From Candidatus Bathyarchaeia archaeon (GTDB lineage: Archaea > Thermoproteota > Bathyarchaeia > Bathyarchaeales > Bathycorpusculaceae), in contig JBEKBM010000017.1 in the NCBI GenBank assembly GCA_050015395.1, forward strand, positions 1 through 64,000: 64,000 bases of DNA. Reading direction: 5' to 3'. The position numbers were made by a program, and so were the translations under genes. Position 1 is the stretch's first letter; each line of letters opens with the position of its first letter. The notes beneath the pieces are model-generated. The model had not been told where the DNA came from. It worked only from the letters and a program-made list of their open reading frames with translations, and did not search any database. This document shows, in pieces, positions 60,022 to 64,000 of this stretch.

Positions 60022-60579
60022 TTACATGTAAATTTTTAGCGTTTTGCTTTTTTGCAGTAGGAAGATTGCAAATGCACAGATTATAATGCTTGGCACCATG
60101 TAGATTCCATTGTATACTGCGGAGTAAACGATTGGGCTCATGCCTGGTGGTCTGTACTGGGAAAAATAGATTACGCCTGAAGTAAAGTGAGACATGAAGC
60201 GTGCTGTACCGCCTACGACTACACCGGTGACCTGACCAGCGACTGAAAGTTTTCGGAAGAATCCTGCGAGTCCAAGACATGCAAACGCTAAGGGATAATC
60301 AAGAATGAATTGAGCAGGGTTGACAACGAAAGGCTCAATCGCAAGGTCAACCACGCCAAGCACGGCACCAGCGAATATGCCGATTTTTGGTCCTCTTCTA
60401 AGTGCCAGCCAAAAGATAGGCACCATCCCAAGGTTAATTGTCCCTCCTTGCGGCATGACGAAGAAGGAGTGGCTAACCAGAGCTAACGCTCCTGCCATTG
60501 CGACAAATACAATTATTTCTGCAAGTATCTTGGTTGAGAAAATATTATTATTTTTAGTCGGTTCAGTTTGTTGTTTCAT
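60022..60579 (-). CDS. thiT: ECF thiamine S-component ThiT
   Basis: MPQGG, LDY, RF..H..SG..YF, YS..YN. Confidence 0.92.
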   Translation of the reverse strand: MKQQTEPTKNNNIFSTKILAEIIVFVAMAGALALVSHSFFVMPQGGTINLGMVPIFWLALRRGPKIGIFAGAVLGVVDLAIEPFVVNPAQFILDYPLAFACLGLAGFFRKLSVAGQVTGVVVGGTARFMSHFTSGVIYFSQYRPPGMSPIVYSAVYNGIYMVPSIIICAFAIFLLQKSKTLKIYM

Positions 60580-60582
60580 TTT

Positions 60583-60676
60583 TTTCCCTCCGCCAGTATT
60601 ACCTGGTTCAGGTTCTAAGGGTCGACAGCACTTAGCCGTCCTCTCAGCCGGGTCATTCTCCCAGCTCCCCGAGACC
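60583..60676 (-). ncRNA. TPP riboswitch
   Basis: GGGGAGC..GCTGAGAGG..GACCCTTAGAACCTGAACCAGGTAATACTGGCGGAGGGA directly upstream of thiT. Confidence 0.93.
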
Positions 60677-60853
60677 TTATCTTAAGAAGATATTGCTGCT
60701 ATGTCGCATATTAGTTTTGCTAAAGTGTTGATTTTCCGGGTAGCCGAATTTTTCGCCGCGGACTATTTTTTGCTAATGACATATTTTTGCTTTAAATGAT
60801 TGTTTTGGTAGAAATGTAAAAACTTATTTACTTGTAGAATATTTTAGTAATAT

Positions 60854-61117
60854 ATGACAGAGCAAATCGAGGATATAATCAAGGTTTCACCTAAAGGTCA
60901 AGTAGTAATCCCCCGAGAGGTCCGCAAGAAATTGGGAGTGAAAGGCGGCGAGAAGCTTTTGGTGCTTACGCGCAATGGAGATATACTGCTTAGGAAAACC
61001 AAGGAAGTATCCATTGAGGACATAGCTAACAAAATTGAAAAGGCAACCAATGAAGAATCTATTGATGTTGATGCAATTGTGGCTGAGGCAGTCGAGTGGG
61101 CAAGAAGGTCAAAGTAG
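60854..61117 (+). CDS. AbrB/MazE-family antitoxin
   Basis: VSPKGQVVIP..RKKL. Confidence 0.85.
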   Translation: MTEQIEDIIKVSPKGQVVIPREVRKKLGVKGGEKLLVLTRNGDILLRKTKEVSIEDIANKIEKATNEESIDVDAIVAEAVEWARRSK

Positions 61118-61521
61118 TTTTCGACACGAATGTTTGGCTTTCAATCTTCATGAAAAAGATCCTTAGCGACGAGTTTTCGCAGGCAAAGCAAGATCTAACA
61201 GTTTATGTTAGCAAAGACATCATCTTGGAAATGTCTAAAGTCCTATTATACCCCAAAATCGCTGAAGTCCTGAGCAAGGCAGGCGTAAACGAAAGAGAAA
61301 TTCTACGAGCCATCGAAGCGAACTCAATAATAGTTAAGCCTAAGATGAAACTACAAATTATAGATGAAGATGCAGAAGACAACAAAATACTAGAATGCGC
61401 CTTGGCATCTGGAGCAGACATCATCGTATCTGGAGACAAACATCTTCTTAAACTTGGCAGGTTCAGAAAAACCAGAATTCTTACGCCCAGAGAATTTTTC
61501 GATAGCGTCAATAGAAATTAG
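61096..61521 (+). CDS. PIN-domain toxin
   Basis: VVFDTNV, D.EDNKILECA, VSGDKHLL. Confidence 0.88.
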   Translation: MGKKVKVVFDTNVWLSIFMKKILSDEFSQAKQDLTVYVSKDIILEMSKVLLYPKIAEVLSKAGVNEREILRAIEANSIIVKPKMKLQIIDEDAEDNKILECALASGADIIVSGDKHLLKLGRFRKTRILTPREFFDSVNRN

Positions 61522-61725
61522 CCTTTTTAGACTGATGAAACATACCCACAACTACCTCTCAGCGGCTTGCGTTGCGGATATTGTTTTTGCATCAGGTTGG
61601 AGTATGTATTGCCTTCTGGAATTACTAAACCCGAGTGCTGAGTCTTTTTGACCGTATGCTTTCTTTTTGCCAAATGTTATAAGTAAATCGGGAGTATAGC
61701 AGGATGTACTTGGATGGATGCACAC

Positions 61726-64000
61726 ATGACAACGCATCTTTCTGTCAGATTATGTTGGCATGACTCTGGATGGGACGGTAATGTTTGCAAAGTGCCTGAA
61801 AAAAACACGTTTTGCGTTTCTGTCGATATTGTACGAAAGAAAAGGGACAAGGCATTTGCAAAAACAGAAAGTAAGATAGCAGGTACTCCTCTAACGGAAT
61901 TGGTTGACTCGGATTACGACTTTGTGACTACTTTTCCATGCCGAGAAGATGTTTGCGTCTTCTCAAAGAGCAGTATTCCAATAAAATTTGAGCACCCCTT
62001 AAAAGAAAGACACATTCCAGGGTATGATCTTCCACCCTGTTTTATTGATGCGGCACCATTTTCATTTTGTCCCGCACCCTATCGATGGATGATTGTCGAC
62101 AACTATGAATCAATAACAAAAAAAGAAAATCTTCAATTGAGACCACTAACAAATGAAGATAAATTTCGTTTTGATAAGAGAAAGAGAAAAATAATAAAGC
62201 AAACGTGGATTTACGATGTTCGTCTCCAGAAGCTCCTTCTCGATCACTTTTGGAACGAACTTGAAGAGAGGAAATCTTTAGTCGCATTTTATGTAAATTC
62301 GACACCAGCAGCCGAAGATAAAAAAAGAGTAATTATCGGATTAGGCAGACTTGATAAGATTTACAAGATGTCCTTTTTTGGCACTAATGAAGATATGCCA
62401 GGTCCAAATCCAGCGTGGCAACGACAGCTAAGCCATAACTACCCCGAAGAAGGCTTCAGGCTACCATACCAAGAGTATCTAGAACAAGGGCTCGATACTC
62501 AAGAAATACTTGTGACCGCTCCAGAAGAGATTGACGACCAATTCAAATTCGTCGCCGAACACGTTTCTGATGGAGCAATGCTCTCACTTGTGGAAAAAAT
62601 AGGTAAATCAATTGAAATTATAATAAATGATGTTAAATCAGGAAAAGTAAAATTAATTGAAGATTGGGAAAAACACAGGCGCTGGTTGCAAAAAGTAATT
62701 GAAGAACTTTGGGACAATCGTGGACAGTACCCAGGAATTGGGAGCGTGCTTCAATTTCTTGGATTCAGCTTAGGTCAAACCTACCAAAAAGAAGTGCTCG
62801 TTCAAATGCAAAAGCTGAACCTTGACGTTTTGCAGCATACAATAGATATCTTGGAAGGAAATTTAGACCCTGAAGAATTTTATAGAGATGATTTTGACGC
62901 TTCAAAGCAAAAATGGACAGCATATTCCTCAGACCTTGATCACAGACGATTCTTAAACTTACTCATGAGAATGGAACTATCGGAAGACCAAGTTGAACGA
63001 CTAATAAAACCTGATTTAAGATTGGATTCAGGGATTAAAGCTGAAATCAGAGAAATGATCGATAACCCCTACATTATATGTGAAAATGACAAAGGTCGTT
63101 TTGATGAAAAGGGCCGTGTCATTTCTGATAAAATTTCACTCGACACAATAGACCAGGCAATGGTTCCATCTTTTAACATAAAGGGAAAGTACAAGCCAGA
63201 CGATAACAGACGAGTAAGGGCAATAATGATTGAGACCTTGAAGGAAGCTAAAGAAAATGGCGATACCTTGCTCAGCATGAAAGAACTTATCGACAACGTT
63301 CATAGTAGATTTTCAGGAGAAAGAGAATGCAAACCAGATCTATTCATGGTGAAGGCGGACAAAAAATTCTTTGAAAAAGAACTCGAGTTTGTAAGCGATG
63401 ATGACAAATTCGTTGCGTTAAGAATGGTTAGAGGCTGGGAAAAGTTCGTCTCTCAGAATATAAGAGAATTGATTCAAGTCAAGTATAAGGACAGAAGCCC
63501 AAACTGGTCAGCAGTAATGAATAAGCGATTTGGAAGGGCTTTAGATACCCTTGAAGAATCCGCCAGAATTGAGAAAACCAAAGCTCTTGAAATTTTGTAC
63601 CGAAATAAGTTCTCAGTGTTAACAGGTCGAGCTGGAACTGGAAAGACCGAAATCGTGAGCCTACTGATAGAAGGCATAATTCAAAATGATGAAGCGGTTC
63701 CTAGTGATTTTCTAGTTTTGGCACCTACAGGAAAAGCTAGCGTTCGATTGAAAAAGAATTTCAGCAAGAATCCAGTTTTGTCAAGGATAGAACCAAAAAC
63801 AATACATAGCCACCTAAACGAATCTGGCTGGCAAGGCAACAATTTTGAACTCAAGGAAAAAGGAGGAACAAGAACTTCAGTCGAAACGGTGATAGTTGAT
63901 GAATGCTCTATGCTTCCAATTGATCTGCTTGCCACGCTGATAAAATCTCTTAACTTCGGCAACGTGAAAAGGTTTATTCTCGTCGGAGACCCCAACCAGT
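61726..64000 (+). CDS. Large RecD2-like SF1 helicase with long N-terminal extension (3'-incomplete, not in ORF track)
   Basis: Open frame from MTTHLSVRLCWHDSGWDG through GRAGTGKT, VDECSM and LVGDPNQ to the window end; alternative start 61714. Confidence 0.9.
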   Translation, partial: MTTHLSVRLCWHDSGWDGNVCKVPEKNTFCVSVDIVRKKRDKAFAKTESKIAGTPLTELVDSDYDFVTTFPCREDVCVFSKSSIPIKFEHPLKERHIPGYDLPPCFIDAAPFSFCPAPYRWMIVDNYESITKKENLQLRPLTNEDKFRFDKRKRKIIKQTWIYDVRLQKLLLDHFWNELEERKSLVAFYVNSTPAAEDKKRVIIGLGRLDKIYKMSFFGTNEDMPGPNPAWQRQLSHNYPEEGFRLPYQEYLEQGLDTQEILVTAPEEIDDQFKFVAEHVSDGAMLSLVEKIGKSIEIIINDVKSGKVKLIEDWEKHRRWLQKVIEELWDNRGQYPGIGSVLQFLGFSLGQTYQKEVLVQMQKLNLDVLQHTIDILEGNLDPEEFYRDDFDASKQKWTAYSSDLDHRRFLNLLMRMELSEDQVERLIKPDLRLDSGIKAEIREMIDNPYIICENDKGRFDEKGRVISDKISLDTIDQAMVPSFNIKGKYKPDDNRRVRAIMIETLKEAKENGDTLLSMKELIDNVHSRFSGERECKPDLFMVKADKKFFEKELEFVSDDDKFVALRMVRGWEKFVSQNIRELIQVKYKDRSPNWSAVMNKRFGRALDTLEESARIEKTKALEILYRNKFSVLTGRAGTGKTEIVSLLIEGIIQNDEAVPSDFLVLAPTGKASVRLKKNFSKNPVLSRIEPKTIHSHLNESGWQGNNFELKEKGGTRTSVETVIVDECSMLPIDLLATLIKSLNFGNVKRFILVGDPNQ

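Noticed and set aside
62042-63995. Several minus-strand ORFs in the track
   Set aside because: They are antisense shadows of the helicase gene; the same applies to the many short antisense ORFs over uvrABC, metG, aor and others.

Overview
Archaeal chromosome window, most consistent with Bathyarchaeia (TACK). Markers are an HMf-type histone, TFB, aIF1/SUI1, a single-OB SSB, a DUF35/HMG-CoA synthase locus, tungsten AOR with MoaD, an MptN-like ATP-grasp ligase, intron-less tRNA-Lys(CTT) and tRNA-Gln(TTG) without encoded CCA, and many TTG/GTG starts. The taxonomy is inferred from gene content, not from a search. Core blocks (uvrBAC, pncB, dinB, metG, tfb, aor, glpX) alternate with accessory patches: an AT-rich virus-like stretch and a nuclease cassette at 1-8.4 kb, an arsenic/metal island after tRNA-Gln at 39.3-47.1 kb, four toxin-antitoxin loci (two broken), and a large RecD2-like helicase that runs off the right edge and is missing from the ORF track. 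Most notable observations: (1) a CysRS paralog with rewired Zn/cysteine-binding residues and no anticodon-binding domain, downstream of a peroxiredoxin; (2) a thiolase homolog lacking its catalytic residues, coupled to a DUF35-HMG-CoA synthase fusion; (3) a dispersed non-coding repeat family with at least four copies and a 35-bp core identical in three of them; (4) a 54-bp direct repeat whose 28-bp TATA-containing core is flipped between copies; (5) a TPP riboswitch overlapping the thiT ribosome-binding site. All protein calls are by motif recognition only.
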